Origin: Cyanobacteria bacterium P01_A01_bin.123
Lineage (GTDB): Bacteria > Cyanobacteriota > Cyanobacteriia > Phormidesmidales > Phormidesmidaceae
Direction of reading: 5' to 3'
NCBI GenBank assembly: GCA_039815185.1
Contig: JBCBZT010000040.1
Location: 1-64,000 of the forward strand
DNA: 64,000 nucleotides
Position numbers and translations under genes: made by a program. Shown one piece after another: positions 10,104 through 21,226 of the stretch. A model generated the notes under the pieces. The model searched no databases and was not told the DNA's origin. It saw only the letters and a list, made by a program, of their open reading frames with translations. Within the stretch, counting starts at the first letter, position 1; each line of letters begins with the position of its first letter.

Positions 10104-12662
10104 TTACTTTGTCGTCATCGTGTAAACACCATCCCAACCTTCACCAGGGCGCTTCTGCGGATCTCTGAGATACTCATCAATACGACGCAGATGCTCTTGA
10201 ATTGCCCCATCAGTCGGTCGGATTCTCAGTGCTTGTTGAAATAGCTGCTGAGCCCGCTCAAACTCTCGATTGATATAAACCGTCCGCGCTTCTTGATAAA
10301 TTCCCAGAAGTTCCCCAACATCAGCAGGCAGGGCATTTTTCTGCAAATCAATCAGGTCATAAATCCTGACGGGTTGGGTTTTACCCTTGACGCGAATCCG
10401 ATCGAGTTCACGCACCCAAATCTGGTCTTTGCACAGTTCATAGGTGTGCTCACTGAGCACAATGTCACAACCGTATTTTTTGGTGATCCCCTCCAATCGA
10501 GAACTCAGATTCACCCCATCGCCAATCACGGTATACTCCATCTTGCGCTGAGAACCAATGTTTCCTGAAACCACTTCCCCAGAGCTAATGCCGATGCCGA
10601 TGCGAATTTCAGGTTGGGCTTCACTCATCCGTTCTTCGTTGAACCGAGACAGTCGATGCCGCATATCCAAAGCCGACTGCACTGCTGCCCAAGCATGGTT
10701 TTGTAGCGGTAAAGGAGCTCCGAACACCGCCATTAACGCATCCCCAATGAACTTGTCGAGAGTGCCTTCTTTGTCGAAGACGGCTTCTACCATCGTTTCA
10801 AAGTAGTCATTCAGCAGCGAGACCACTTCTGACGCTTCCAGGTTTTCAGTCAGTGTTGTGTAGCCACGAATATCGGAAAACAGTACAGTGACCTCTTTGC
10901 GTTCACCCACCATCAGCGCATCTTCTCCTAGCTGCATGACTCGCTCAGCAACACCAGGGGTCATGTAGCGATACAGGGTTGTCTTCATCCGTTTTTCTTG
11001 GCTGATGTCTTCTAACACCAGCAGGCCACCCCGCACCCCGCCTTCTGGGTTAGTCAGTGGGTTGACCGTGAGGTTAATGCTACGCTCTAGCCGCTGCACA
11101 GCCTTGTGATCTAGAGGTAATGCATCTAGGATTTCACCCCATAGCCAAAACTGGTTTTTGTCTTCAGCATTCGGAATTGCCAGGACAGGCATATCCAAAC
11201 GACTACCATTTTGGCCATGGGATTGAATACTCAGGCCAATATTTAAGGTCTGTTCTGGCACGTAATGCCTAGCACCCGTTTCAAGGCTATCTTCGAGGCG
11301 AAATTTGAGTTTTTCAATTGGTATCACATCCCACACGCAGCGGTTGAGTAATTTGTCTTCCCATACTGGCTTGTAGTGTTTGGCGTCATCTTCCTCGATG
11401 GGGCAACCCAATAGTTCTAAGGCCGCATCATTGATCGTCACAATTCGCCCCTCCATGTCGGTGGAAACCACCGCATCGGACAGGCTTTGCAGCATATCTT
11501 TCTGATACTGCTTTTCAACTAAGACCTTTTCAAACAGCTTGGCGTTTTCCAGGGCAATGCCAGACTGGATGTTAAACGCCCGCATAAACTCTTCGTCAGA
11601 GCTCGTAAAACTGCCTTGAGCCTTATTGATCAGCTGGGTGACACCGATCAGTTCACTGCCAGAATCAAACACTGGCATACACAGAATATTGCGGGTGTGG
11701 TACCCCGTACGCTGATCTGAGCTGGGATCAAACCGAGGATCTTCGTAAGCGTTGGGAATATTGAGGGTTTTTCCGGTGGAGGCAACGTATCCAACGATAC
11801 CCTTATCAGCTTTCAAGCGGAGTTCGATCAGGCTGTTGCCGTCGGCAGATTTAACTTTTGACCACAGCTCTTGTTTTTCTTTGTCCAATAGCCATAAGGT
11901 GCTACGGTCAGCCTGCATCAGATCCCGCGCCTCTGCCATCACTGATTGGAGGGTTTTCTCCAGATCTAAACTTTGCTCTAGGGAGGAGATGGCTTTGAGT
12001 AAAGCCGAGACTCCCTTTTGGTTGCGTGCCGCAATGTAAAAGGAATTGCAGCTCTCTAAAATAATGCCAATGGACGAGGCGAACTCACGGAAGCTGCGTT
12101 CATCTTGATTGTCAAAGGACATGCCCCCCGACTTATTAAGCAGCTGCACCACAGCAACCACGTTGCTTTTAGTGCTAAAAACAGGCATACACAGAATATT
12201 GCGAGTGTGGTATCCCGTTTTCTTGTCCGTAGTGGAGTCAAAGCGCGTGTCGGCGTAGGCATCAGGGATATTGAGATATTCACCGCTAGTGGCCACATAT
12301 CCAGCGATCCCCGCGTTCATCGGGACGCGAATCTCAAGCTTTTTTTCGCTGTCTCCCTGGGCAATTTTTGACCATAGTTCTTGTTTCTCTTCATCCACCA
12401 TGAAAATGGTGGTGCGTTCTGCCGCTAAAATCTGACCGATCTTCAGGGTAAATGCCTCCAAGATCTGCTCTAGCATCGTCTCCAGGGCTTCGTTGTTGAT
12501 CATGTCGATCGCCCGGAGGAAATGCTCGAATTCTCGTGTAATTTGCTCGAGCAAATTGATGAATTGAGGGGCAGGTAGGTCTTTAACCCGGTTGGTTAAG
12601 CCTCCCCGAACGTTTACTTGGGAGAGGGTAGCTAGCATACTGCTTGAGGGGGATGTTGCCAT
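10104..12662 (-). CDS. cyaB1: Class III adenylate cyclase, GAF-GAF-PAS-CHD-TPR (CyaB1 type)
   Basis: Two GAF domains with NK..G.F...DE motifs; PAS; catalytic LFSDIRGYT, DKFIGDA, EYTVIGDGVNLSSRLE and VKGK. Confidence 0.9.
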   Translation of the reverse strand: MATSPSSSMLATLSQVNVRGGLTNRVKDLPAPQFINLLEQITREFEHFLRAIDMINNEALETMLEQILEAFTLKIGQILAAERTTIFMVDEEKQELWSKIAQGDSEKKLEIRVPMNAGIAGYVATSGEYLNIPDAYADTRFDSTTDKKTGYHTRNILCMPVFSTKSNVVAVVQLLNKSGGMSFDNQDERSFREFASSIGIILESCNSFYIAARNQKGVSALLKAISSLEQSLDLEKTLQSVMAEARDLMQADRSTLWLLDKEKQELWSKVKSADGNSLIELRLKADKGIVGYVASTGKTLNIPNAYEDPRFDPSSDQRTGYHTRNILCMPVFDSGSELIGVTQLINKAQGSFTSSDEEFMRAFNIQSGIALENAKLFEKVLVEKQYQKDMLQSLSDAVVSTDMEGRIVTINDAALELLGCPIEEDDAKHYKPVWEDKLLNRCVWDVIPIEKLKFRLEDSLETGARHYVPEQTLNIGLSIQSHGQNGSRLDMPVLAIPNAEDKNQFWLWGEILDALPLDHKAVQRLERSINLTVNPLTNPEGGVRGGLLVLEDISQEKRMKTTLYRYMTPGVAERVMQLGEDALMVGERKEVTVLFSDIRGYTTLTENLEASEVVSLLNDYFETMVEAVFDKEGTLDKFIGDALMAVFGAPLPLQNHAWAAVQSALDMRHRLSRFNEERMSEAQPEIRIGIGISSGEVVSGNIGSQRKMEYTVIGDGVNLSSRLEGITKKYGCDIVLSEHTYELCKDQIWVRELDRIRVKGKTQPVRIYDLIDLQKNALPADVGELLGIYQEARTVYINREFERAQQLFQQALRIRPTDGAIQEHLRRIDEYLRDPQKRPGEGWDGVYTMTTK

Positions 12663-12863
12663 AGGGGTAGCTGCTCAGCGGAGAGAAAACTCAAGAATCA
12701 GTGGCTAACGAAGGCCGGCGGGGCCTAGAGTGCCCACACCTTAAGAGTACCCAGCTATCGAGTTTGAAGGAACTTTACCTGGGAGCTAGTGAATACTCAA
12801 AATTTGCTTTAGATGCTCCCAATACTGTAGCGTCTAAACCCGGCTTCAAAACAGGGCAGTCCG

Positions 12864-14393
12864 TTATGATTCGATGTCGATTTGAGAATGGGTATCGGAT
12901 TCGGCCCGCAACAGTGGAAAAGCAATCACATCACGGATGCTGGGGGAGTTCGTCAACAACATCACCAGGCGATCGATGCCGATGCCCAACCCGCCTGTGG
13001 GGGGCATGCCATACTCTAGTGCTGTGATGAAATCCTCATCGACACTATGGGCTTCTAAATCTCCGGCAGCTTTCTTCTCAGCTTGGGCTTCGAAGCGTTG
13101 GCGTTGATCGATGGGGTCAGTCAACTCGGAGAAGCTATTGGCCGTTTCTCGTCCGACGATGAAAAGTTCAAATCGTTCGACTATTCCGGGCTTATCGCGG
13201 TGGGGCTTGGCCAAGGGCGAAACTTCTACGGGATAGTCGAGAATGAAGGTGGGCTGAATCAGAGTGTCTTCGACGGTTTGCTCAAAGGCTTGATTGAGTA
13301 TCTGGCCAATGCTAGTGCAGTCGGTAACCCCTGAAATCCCAGCTTGTTGTGCTGCTGTCTGGGCCGCTTCAAGTTGGTCAAACTGGCTGAAGTCCAGTCC
13401 CGTTTTTTCTTGGACTGCTGCGTTCATGGTAATCCGTCGCCAGGGGGGGGTGAGATTGACAACGGCTTCGCCATACTGAATCTCTAGCGTACCCAATACT
13501 TTTTGGGCTGCAGTGGTGATCAAGGCTTCGGTGAGGGCCATCATGTCGGTGTAATCGGCGTAGGCCTGGTAAATCTCGACCGTGGTAAATTCAGGGTTGT
13601 GGCGGGTGGAAATGCCCTCGTTGCGAAAGATCCGCCCTAGCTCAAATACTTTTTCAAAACCACCCACAATTAATCGCTTTAGGTGCAATTCGGTGGCAAT
13701 GCGCAGGTAGAGATCCATCTCCAGCGTGTTGTGATGGGTGATGAAGGGGCGTGCTTCTGCACCCCCAGCTTCCCCTTGGAGCACGGGGGTTTCAATTTCG
13801 ATGAAGCCCTGTTGATCGAGGTAGCGACGAAAGGCAGCGGTAATCAAGGCCCGACGGCGGAAGGTTTCGCGCACCTCCGGGTTAACGATTAAATCTACGT
13901 AGCGCTGGCGATAACGTTTTTCGACATCTGTGAGGCCATGCCATTTATCGGGTAAGGGGAGCAAGGCTTTAGTCAGCAGGGTGTACTGGCTGACGTTTAC
14001 AGAAAGTTCCCCCTTATCGGTGCGTTTGAGGGTGCCTTGGACGCCAATGAAATCGCCGACGTCGGTGAGCTGTTTCAGGTGGCTGAAGGCCTCGGCATCT
14101 TGCTCAGCCATGCCCGCTTGAATGGTTTTCTTATCGAGATAAAGTTGAATGCTTCCCGTTTCATCTTGAATGCTGAAAAAGGCCAGCTTGCCAAAGACGC
14201 GGCGGGCCAAAATTCGACCCGCGATCGCAACGGCAAAATCAACCCCCTCTCCACTGGGCAAATCAGCAAACTTTTCCTGGAGCTGAGCTGCAGTGTGGGT
14301 CGACTCCCAGCGGTAGCCATAGGGATTAAGCCCCAACTGCCTGAGTTGCTCTACCTTCTTGAGGCGGTCTGCGCGGAGATCGTCTGATGCCAT
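12864..14393 (-). CDS. lysS: Lysine--tRNA ligase (class II)
   Basis: [25 protein letters not shown] and [16 protein letters not shown] motifs. Confidence 0.98.
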   Translation of the reverse strand: MASDDLRADRLKKVEQLRQLGLNPYGYRWESTHTAAQLQEKFADLPSGEGVDFAVAIAGRILARRVFGKLAFFSIQDETGSIQLYLDKKTIQAGMAEQDAEAFSHLKQLTDVGDFIGVQGTLKRTDKGELSVNVSQYTLLTKALLPLPDKWHGLTDVEKRYRQRYVDLIVNPEVRETFRRRALITAAFRRYLDQQGFIEIETPVLQGEAGGAEARPFITHHNTLEMDLYLRIATELHLKRLIVGGFEKVFELGRIFRNEGISTRHNPEFTTVEIYQAYADYTDMMALTEALITTAAQKVLGTLEIQYGEAVVNLTPPWRRITMNAAVQEKTGLDFSQFDQLEAAQTAAQQAGISGVTDCTSIGQILNQAFEQTVEDTLIQPTFILDYPVEVSPLAKPHRDKPGIVERFELFIVGRETANSFSELTDPIDQRQRFEAQAEKKAAGDLEAHSVDEDFITALEYGMPPTGGLGIGIDRLVMLLTNSPSIRDVIAFPLLRAESDTHSQIDIES

Positions 14394-14452
14394 GAATCTA
14401 CTAACGATGGTTGCAAGGAACAATTATAGGCAGTGTCTAGATCAAAGCTCCC

Positions 14453-14926
14453 TCAGGCAATATCCGGCGGAGCACTATTGGCTCCCTGCGCTTGACGCAG
14501 CTGGTTTTGCATCAGGGCTTGAATATCTTCTCGACGGACTTCCACATTACGTTTGAGGCTACCTGGAATTTCTACAAAGATGAGGCTATCAACACTTTTG
14601 ATCGACAGCATTTGAAACAAGATGTGGGTCACTGGCATGGGGACTCCCATCACCTGGGGGTCTTTTATCGAGTGGGGGCCAAGGGCGACGTCTTTAAGGG
14701 TGGGATAGGCATAGATCACATTCTTACGCGTCTTGGGCTGGTTGCGGTTGTTGAGGGTCGTCATTACCCAGCCCCGATCTAAGGTTTGCAGCACGTAATA
14801 TTGCAGGTGCTGAAGCTGGGCCGCGATCGCTTTGAGAGTGGGACCAATCGCCTCAACCGCTTGGCCTGTAATGCCATCTGGGGGAGCATCATCAATTAAC
14901 GCTTGAATTTGCTGATCAATGTCCAT
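14453..14926 (-). CDS. Conserved cyanobacterial hypothetical protein
   Basis: 157-aa ORF of ordinary composition filling the gap next to lysS; ends PPDIA. Confidence 0.7.
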   Translation of the reverse strand: MDIDQQIQALIDDAPPDGITGQAVEAIGPTLKAIAAQLQHLQYYVLQTLDRGWVMTTLNNRNQPKTRKNVIYAYPTLKDVALGPHSIKDPQVMGVPMPVTHILFQMLSIKSVDSLIFVEIPGSLKRNVEVRREDIQALMQNQLRQAQGANSAPPDIA

Positions 14927-15092
14927 ATGTCGCTAGCGTGATTAGAAGTAATAAAGAATGATAAATATCCCGCGGGCAATTTTGAACAATCATGGGGAAT
15001 CGCTCCCAGTCTAAACTGATTTCACCCATCTCTGGAACGATGTGTTAGTGTTTTAGGGATCAATCACCATCAGGGTAAGGATCGTCCGAGGC

Positions 15093-16196
15093 GTGGAGGA
15101 AATTTTCCCGTTTTTGTGCAGCGAATTTAAGCAGTCCACCCGTTCGGCTGAACGGAACTATCAGGAAGTAGCCGAACGTTTGACTCAGGAAGTGCTGCGC
15201 ATTTGTCGAGAAAGCCAGCGAATTCAAGATTCAGGCGATATTGAAAGCTGGGGAATGACCCTAGCCAAGCATCGCTTAGATCAGTGTTTGAAATATTACG
15301 AGTTGGGATCTCGGCGGGGTCGGGTTGAACTCCACAGCACGCTGAGTGCCATCGTCTATCGATACATTTCTCCACCCCAAGTGCAGGCCAGCTACCAGGC
15401 TCGGCTGACGTTAATTGAGGATTTTTTGCAGGGATTCTACGTCGAAGCGATCAATGCTTTTAGGCGAGAGAACCAGCTTGAGGCGACCTATCAACCGCGT
15501 ACCCTGCTGGAATTGGCCGAATACATGGCCTTTACTGAACGCTATGGTAAACGTCGTATTCCGCTACCGCGGCGACGGAGTCAGCAGTTGATTATTTTGC
15601 GGGCGCAGACTTTCTCAAAACAACAGCCCCCAGAAACATTGGTGGATATTGAGCAAGCTACCGAAAGCCCTAATTCTGAAGGTGATCCCACTCAAACGCC
15701 TAGTCAACGGCTGCGGGAGCAATTGGTGGCCCAAAGCAATGAATTGCCGGAAGATTCTTTGCGGGGGCGAGTCGTGGAAGAACTGCTGGCCTACTTGAAA
15801 GAACGCAAACAAGAAGACTGTGCTGAATACTTCACCCTACGTTTGCTAGATTTGCCGACCCAAGACATTGAAGCCTTACTCGATCTGACTCCCCGTGAGC
15901 GAGATTATCTACAGCAACGGTTCAAATATCATCTGCTGCGATTTGCTCTGAGTCACCATTGGGAATTAGTGCACGAATGGTTAGAGGTGGATTTAGAACG
16001 CAACCTAGGGCTAACCTCCCAACAGTGGGAAGATTTGCAAGCAACGATCAATCAAAAACAAGGCAAAATGCTAGATCTAAAGAAGCAGGGGGTAGCCGAT
16101 CGAGAGATTGCTCGCATTATGGGTTTAACCTCGACCCAACTGAACAAGCAGTGGTCACAGTTATTAGAACAAGCTTGGGAAATTCGTAATCCTTAA
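15093..16196 (+). CDS. hetZ: HetZ (heterocyst differentiation protein family, sigma-like C-terminal HTH)
   Basis: GRVELHSTLSAIVYRYI, IEDFLQGFYVEA, LLELAEYMAFTERYGKRRI and LTPRERDYLQQRFKYH match HetZ; followed by patU. Confidence 0.88.
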   Translation: MEEIFPFLCSEFKQSTRSAERNYQEVAERLTQEVLRICRESQRIQDSGDIESWGMTLAKHRLDQCLKYYELGSRRGRVELHSTLSAIVYRYISPPQVQASYQARLTLIEDFLQGFYVEAINAFRRENQLEATYQPRTLLELAEYMAFTERYGKRRIPLPRRRSQQLIILRAQTFSKQQPPETLVDIEQATESPNSEGDPTQTPSQRLREQLVAQSNELPEDSLRGRVVEELLAYLKERKQEDCAEYFTLRLLDLPTQDIEALLDLTPRERDYLQQRFKYHLLRFALSHHWELVHEWLEVDLERNLGLTSQQWEDLQATINQKQGKMLDLKKQGVADREIARIMGLTSTQLNKQWSQLLEQAWEIRNP

Positions 16197-16230
16197 ATTT
16201 GGGAACCGTCCGGACTGGGAGAATCCCCCT

Positions 16231-17310
16231 ATGAATAGTGACTCAGAAATGATTCAGAGCTTACTCCTATGGCTCCTAGAGGAGCCAGGCTCATCCATCT
16301 CTAAACCATCAGGTAGCAGTGCGAGTTCACCATCAGGGAAAAGTTCTCAGGCCAACGAAGCGCCAGCAGTGGATGCCCGCGAAGAAGGGGCTGCTGATTA
16401 TGGGTCATCCGGATGGGATCCACTGAATTCCGAAGAACTTAGTTCATTGCCCCCGGAAGTGGTGGGGCCTGATTTAGTTGCGAAGACATATTCATTCTTT
16501 GATTTGGGAGACATACCCGCTGTGCAAGATCGATTTCAAGCGTTGTTGAAACGCAAACTCCAGACGGAAATTGAGCGCCGTCCCCCCTTATTCCCCTGGG
16601 AAAGTGAAGTTCAAGAGTACCCCATAGACCTGCCTGTCTTATCTACACCGGAAACGGTGTGGATGGCTCAGTTGCGATCGCTAAATTTACCCACAACGCT
16701 ACCCGATACTGTTTTGACCGCTTTGCTGAGTCGCTGCCAAGCGATCGCAGCCACCCCTCTACAACAGGGGCTAAAGCTGATCAAAGCTGTAGAATCGCTG
16801 TTTCCTGATCAGCCGCAAACCTTAAATCTAATGGCTGATATGGTGTTGGCTAACGCCGGGACTCACCGGTCCACGGTGACATCAGCCCCAATGGCTAGCC
16901 TGTCTACAGACTACGAGGGTGCCAACCCCCAACAGCAAATTGCCCTGTCGATGCTGGCAGCCCAGGAGATCCTTGCTAACTTGAGTATTTCTCTCTCGGC
17001 TGAGCAGCCTCAGCGGATGTGCACCTGGGTAACGGCCCATGGTCTGCTCCAGGTTGAGGCGACTTACACCCCTGACTCCCAACAAAAGCAGGTGGATTTG
17101 CGGGTTCATTTACCCCTGGGCGGTACGGTGCAGCTCCAAGGCCAAGAAGTTGCGGCAGCGGCTCAACGATCCGGTGCTGGCTATCTTAACTTGGGCATTA
17201 GCGATCCCCAACCGTCACAAGCCTATACCTTGCAAATTAAGCTAACGGGCGCTGAGCAAGAGCCGCTGCGGTTTAATCTCCAGGTAGTTTCTGACTCAGA
17301 TCAGAACTAA
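16231..17310 (+). CDS. patU: PatU (single ORF covering PatU5- and PatU3-like parts)
   Basis: N-terminus MNSDSE...LWLL; VQDRFQALLKRKL...PPLFPWE; synteny with hetZ. Confidence 0.8.
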   Translation: MNSDSEMIQSLLLWLLEEPGSSISKPSGSSASSPSGKSSQANEAPAVDAREEGAADYGSSGWDPLNSEELSSLPPEVVGPDLVAKTYSFFDLGDIPAVQDRFQALLKRKLQTEIERRPPLFPWESEVQEYPIDLPVLSTPETVWMAQLRSLNLPTTLPDTVLTALLSRCQAIAATPLQQGLKLIKAVESLFPDQPQTLNLMADMVLANAGTHRSTVTSAPMASLSTDYEGANPQQQIALSMLAAQEILANLSISLSAEQPQRMCTWVTAHGLLQVEATYTPDSQQKQVDLRVHLPLGGTVQLQGQEVAAAAQRSGAGYLNLGISDPQPSQAYTLQIKLTGAEQEPLRFNLQVVSDSDQN

Positions 17311-17354
17311 GCCAGCTAGCATGGGAAAGAGCCTGGTTTTCGCAAGTTCTACCC

Positions 17355-19679
17355 ATGACCTCTGGTAAATCCCTATCGGGGAGTAGCAAGGCCTGGCAGC
17401 GCTCGCTGCGTCAGCGCCTTGCACCTGCTCCCCCAATAGCCCCAGAAGACTCTGTTCTACTGCGGGTTTTAGTCCAAACTTTGGTGACCCTTGGCATCTG
17501 CTCCCTAGCGGTGGCGGCAGCTGGGGTTACTGTTACGTCTTGGCTCAATTTGGCAGCGATTCCCCTGAGTGCTTTGGGGGCCTACTGGAGTTGGCGACGC
17601 CGACACCGTCGCAACATTGCCACCAAATTTGGCATTGCGCTGGGCATGTTGTTAGCCCTGGCCTTTTTTTTTAGTCGATTGATTGGGCAACCGGGAGATA
17701 CCCGGATTGTGCTGGCGGAGTTGCTAGTTCAGCTCCAAGTGCTGCACAGCTTTGACCTACCCCGGCGCAAAGATTTGGGCTATTCCATGATGATTGGTCT
17801 AGTCTTGCTAGGGGTCGCGGGCACCATCAGCCAAACCCTGGCCTTCGGCCCCTTGCTGCTGCTGTTTTTGGCGGTGGCGATACCCGTGTTGGCATTAGAT
17901 TATCGATCTCGGTTGGGGCTATTGGGGCGAGGCTGGCGTAATTTATCAGCTAATCTATCACCCCGGCAGTTAGGGGCGATGCTGGCTGTGACCTTAGCCC
18001 TGGGGTTAACAATTTTTGCCTTGCTGCCGCGCCTGCCGGGTTATCAAATTCGCAACTTCCCAATGAGCTCGACCGTGGATTTTGACGGCGAGTTTAATAG
18101 CAGCCTGGTGATTAACCCTGGCTATTTGAACGGCGGCAATGACGGTGATGGGGAAGAAAATTCGGGATCAGGAGGCGACATCCAGGGGGGCACTCAAACT
18201 GCGGGGCAGGGGCCAGGGGAGTTTGATGACACCTTTTATTACGGCTTTAACCAACGCATCAATCAAAACCTGCGAGGTACCCTGACACCCCAGGTGGTGA
18301 TGCGGGTGCGATCGCAGGCGGAAGGGTTTTGGCGAGTGATGGCTTTTGACCACTACACAGGGCAGGGATGGGAAGTCTCGCGCAATGATGAGGCGATTAC
18401 GCTCAATCGCTCTAACATTTCCTTTCAAACGCTAGTGCCTCGAATTCCCTGGTTCAACCGCGATCGCGAGGTGATTCAGACCTACACCCTGGTTGCAGAC
18501 TTGCCCAATTTAATTCCGGCCCTGTATCGACCCCAAGAAATTTATTTCCCTTCTACAGAGATTGCCTTTGATCCTGAGGGTGCTCTGCGAGCCCCCTTAC
18601 CCTTAGGAGAAGGGTTGACCTACACGGTGATTTCTGAGGTGCCATACCGCGATCGCAGTGTGTTACGGGACGCCGAAACCAACTATCCTGAGGAGATTAC
18701 TCGCCATTATCTGCAAATTCCAGCAGATCGCCGCGATCGCATCCGTCAACAAACCGAGGATTTGCTGGCTACATCTCCTCGGGTGTTAACCGATCCCTAC
18801 GAAAAGGCGCTGTATTTAGCCCAGACCCTCAAGCAGCAATATGCCCTGCAGCCAGAACTCCCTTTCTTTGACCAGAATGAAGATCTAGTAGAAGCTTTCT
18901 TATTCAAGTATGAAGGGGGCTATCCCGATCATTTTTCCACAGCACTGACGGTGATGCTGCGTTCTATTGGCATTCCATCTCGGTTAGTGGCGGGGTTTGC
19001 GCCGGGTGAATTTAACCCCTTCACCGGATTTTATGTGGTCAAAAACACCGACGCCTATGCCATGACCGAGGTGTACTTTCCCAGATATGGCTGGTTTGCC
19101 TTTGACCCGATTCCAGGCCATGAGTTATTGCCCCCCAGCATTGAGGACTACCAGACCTTCAGCCTGCTACGCAAGTTTTGGAACTGGGTGGCGGGCTGGT
19201 TACCTTCCCCTATGGTGGGGTTGCTCAATGGTGTGTTTAGCTGGGTGGGGGCTCAAGGCTTGCGACTCGTAGCCTGGGTATCTGGGTTGCTCAGACGGGG
19301 TTGGATTGGCGCATTGCTGGCCTTAGCAGTGGGCATTGGCCTAGGATTTGGGATGTGGTTGCTAAGACAAGGCTGGCGCAGCTGGCGACGGCAGCGTTGG
19401 TTACAGCAACTCCCGCCTCCCGAGCGTTTATATCAGCAAATGTTGGCTTGGTTAGCCCAACAAGGGGTGCCTAAATCTGCCACCCAGACGCCCTTTGAAT
19501 ACCTCCAAGCCTTGAACCAGCATTGGGGCCAAGGCCACAATAGTGAGCGTATCCAACAGGTTGATACCATTACTCGGGCCTATGTGCAGTGGCGCTATGG
19601 GGGTAAAGCCGTGGACTCGGGAGCATTAACGGCTCGGCTGCGATCGCTGAAGAAGCGTCGGTCTCAACCCCCTAAATAA
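17355..19679 (+). CDS. TgpA-like membrane transglutaminase-domain protein (DUF3488/DUF4129)
   Basis: N-terminal TM bundle; FWRVMAFDHYTG, LRSIGIPSRLVAGF and GWFAFDP motifs; C-terminal QTPFEY...RYG. Confidence 0.85.
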   Translation: MTSGKSLSGSSKAWQRSLRQRLAPAPPIAPEDSVLLRVLVQTLVTLGICSLAVAAAGVTVTSWLNLAAIPLSALGAYWSWRRRHRRNIATKFGIALGMLLALAFFFSRLIGQPGDTRIVLAELLVQLQVLHSFDLPRRKDLGYSMMIGLVLLGVAGTISQTLAFGPLLLLFLAVAIPVLALDYRSRLGLLGRGWRNLSANLSPRQLGAMLAVTLALGLTIFALLPRLPGYQIRNFPMSSTVDFDGEFNSSLVINPGYLNGGNDGDGEENSGSGGDIQGGTQTAGQGPGEFDDTFYYGFNQRINQNLRGTLTPQVVMRVRSQAEGFWRVMAFDHYTGQGWEVSRNDEAITLNRSNISFQTLVPRIPWFNRDREVIQTYTLVADLPNLIPALYRPQEIYFPSTEIAFDPEGALRAPLPLGEGLTYTVISEVPYRDRSVLRDAETNYPEEITRHYLQIPADRRDRIRQQTEDLLATSPRVLTDPYEKALYLAQTLKQQYALQPELPFFDQNEDLVEAFLFKYEGGYPDHFSTALTVMLRSIGIPSRLVAGFAPGEFNPFTGFYVVKNTDAYAMTEVYFPRYGWFAFDPIPGHELLPPSIEDYQTFSLLRKFWNWVAGWLPSPMVGLLNGVFSWVGAQGLRLVAWVSGLLRRGWIGALLALAVGIGLGFGMWLLRQGWRSWRRQRWLQQLPPPERLYQQMLAWLAQQGVPKSATQTPFEYLQALNQHWGQGHNSERIQQVDTITRAYVQWRYGGKAVDSGALTARLRSLKKRRSQPPK

Positions 19680-21174
19680 ACTTCAGCTTGCGAGATGCAT
19701 ACAGGCACATTTTCAACAGAATGATGCCTTCTTTCACATGGGCAATGTTGGATTCGCCGTAGGTGCGAGACTGGTAGCGAATGGGCACCTCTACAATGTG
19801 TAAGTTCAGTTTGGCAGCACCGAACAACAAATCAAAATCACCAAAGGGATCAAAATCACCAAAATAGTGTCGCCCTGCTGCAATCCGCTCGTAGTCTCGA
19901 CGGGTAAGCACCTTGGTACCACAAAGGGTATCTTTAAGGGGCTGCTCCAGCAAAAAAGAAAACAGTAGCGCAAATATCTTGTTGGCAAACGTGTTGAGCC
20001 AGGGCATCGCGGCGCGCGATCGCGGATAGACCAGCCGTGACCCGTTGACAAATTCCCCTCGTCCAGAGGTAATCACCTTAACGAAATGGGATAGATCTTC
20101 TGGGGCGACGGTCAGATCAGCATCTAAAATCAGCAAAATATCGCCTGAGGCTTGGGCAAACCCTAGACGCACGGCGTCGGCCTTGCCCTTACCCGTTTGC
20201 TGAGCGGCTTTCAGGGTGAATGGCCCTTGATAGGTTGCTATCAGGGACTGAATTTCGGCCCAGGTTTCGTCTTTCGAGTGGCCTTCGACAAAGATGACTT
20301 CTGTGTGGCGACCCAGTTGGGGTAAGCGGGCGATCGCATCGCGAATATTTCCGGCTTCATTCCGGGCTGGAATGACCACTGAACAAGTCGGCTGTTTTGG
20401 AAGTTGTTGGAGGGGTTGTTCAGGCAGGGGCAACCTACTTGAGTCGGGTCTTGCCACTACAAAATTGGTCAAACACAGGTGCTTGATCAGGGGTAACGGA
20501 CCCAAATAGCGATTAATCAAAAACGAAGCCCCAGGGATGCGTTTCGGCATCAAAAACCGCCGTCCTCGCTTTAGCGGCAGATACCCTGTCACCGACAGTA
20601 GGTTGGCGACATCGTCCATGGAGAGCCAACTTTGGATGGGTTGGGGTCGCCGTTGGCCGATGGCTTCGGCTATCCGCAGCACGGGTTCCCACAGGTAGTT
20701 GTGAAAGGTCAATATCAGCCGGGTACCGGGATGGCAAAAGGGCTGCAACCGTTCTAGGGTGGTTTGGATATCTTCTAGGTACCCCAACACATCTGAAAGC
20801 AAAATGTAGTCAAAGCGCTGGTGGGTCGGGGCCAGGGCATCCGGGGTGAGGGTTTCTGCTTCCAGGCAATAGAAGGCAATTTGGGGATGCTTATCGCGAG
20901 CGATCTCAACAACCGCCGGCGCAAAATCAATGCCGACCCCGAGCTCAGGGGCGACGGCTTGCAGCAAATCACCTGTGCCGCAGCCCACCTCTAGCACCCG
21001 ACTGCCCGGCGGAATCAAGAATTGGTGCAGTTGGGCTAAATCTTCGTAGTAGTAGCGGTTGCGTTGGCTCCAGCGGTCGAGCTCTGGAGCCATACGGTCA
21101 AAATAAGCCTTGATGTAAGGCTTAAAGAACTGTTTTTCGGTGCTGTTTTGGGGTTTAGAAGGCGCTTGGGTCAC
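19672..21174 (-). CDS. Class I SAM methyltransferase-GT2 glycosyltransferase fusion
   Basis: VLEVGCGTG; then SVVIPARNEAG, ILDADL and DTLCGTK. Confidence 0.88.
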   Translation of the reverse strand: MTQAPSKPQNSTEKQFFKPYIKAYFDRMAPELDRWSQRNRYYYEDLAQLHQFLIPPGSRVLEVGCGTGDLLQAVAPELGVGIDFAPAVVEIARDKHPQIAFYCLEAETLTPDALAPTHQRFDYILLSDVLGYLEDIQTTLERLQPFCHPGTRLILTFHNYLWEPVLRIAEAIGQRRPQPIQSWLSMDDVANLLSVTGYLPLKRGRRFLMPKRIPGASFLINRYLGPLPLIKHLCLTNFVVARPDSSRLPLPEQPLQQLPKQPTCSVVIPARNEAGNIRDAIARLPQLGRHTEVIFVEGHSKDETWAEIQSLIATYQGPFTLKAAQQTGKGKADAVRLGFAQASGDILLILDADLTVAPEDLSHFVKVITSGRGEFVNGSRLVYPRSRAAMPWLNTFANKIFALLFSFLLEQPLKDTLCGTKVLTRRDYERIAAGRHYFGDFDPFGDFDLLFGAAKLNLHIVEVPIRYQSRTYGESNIAHVKEGIILLKMCLYASRKLKFI

Positions 21175-21226
21175 GGGATGGCTGATCGCTAAAACAGTAT
21201 CAGGTATCCTAGCAGTTTGTTTTGCT

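Noticed and set aside
14993..15008. HetR box upstream of hetZ (GGGA-ATCGC-TCCC)
   Set aside because: A dyad is present but does not fit GGG-N5-CCC; too weak to call.
16209..16413. TCCGGA (DIF1-like) motifs near the patU start
   Set aside because: A 6-bp palindrome is expected by chance, and neither position gives a sensible promoter for patU.
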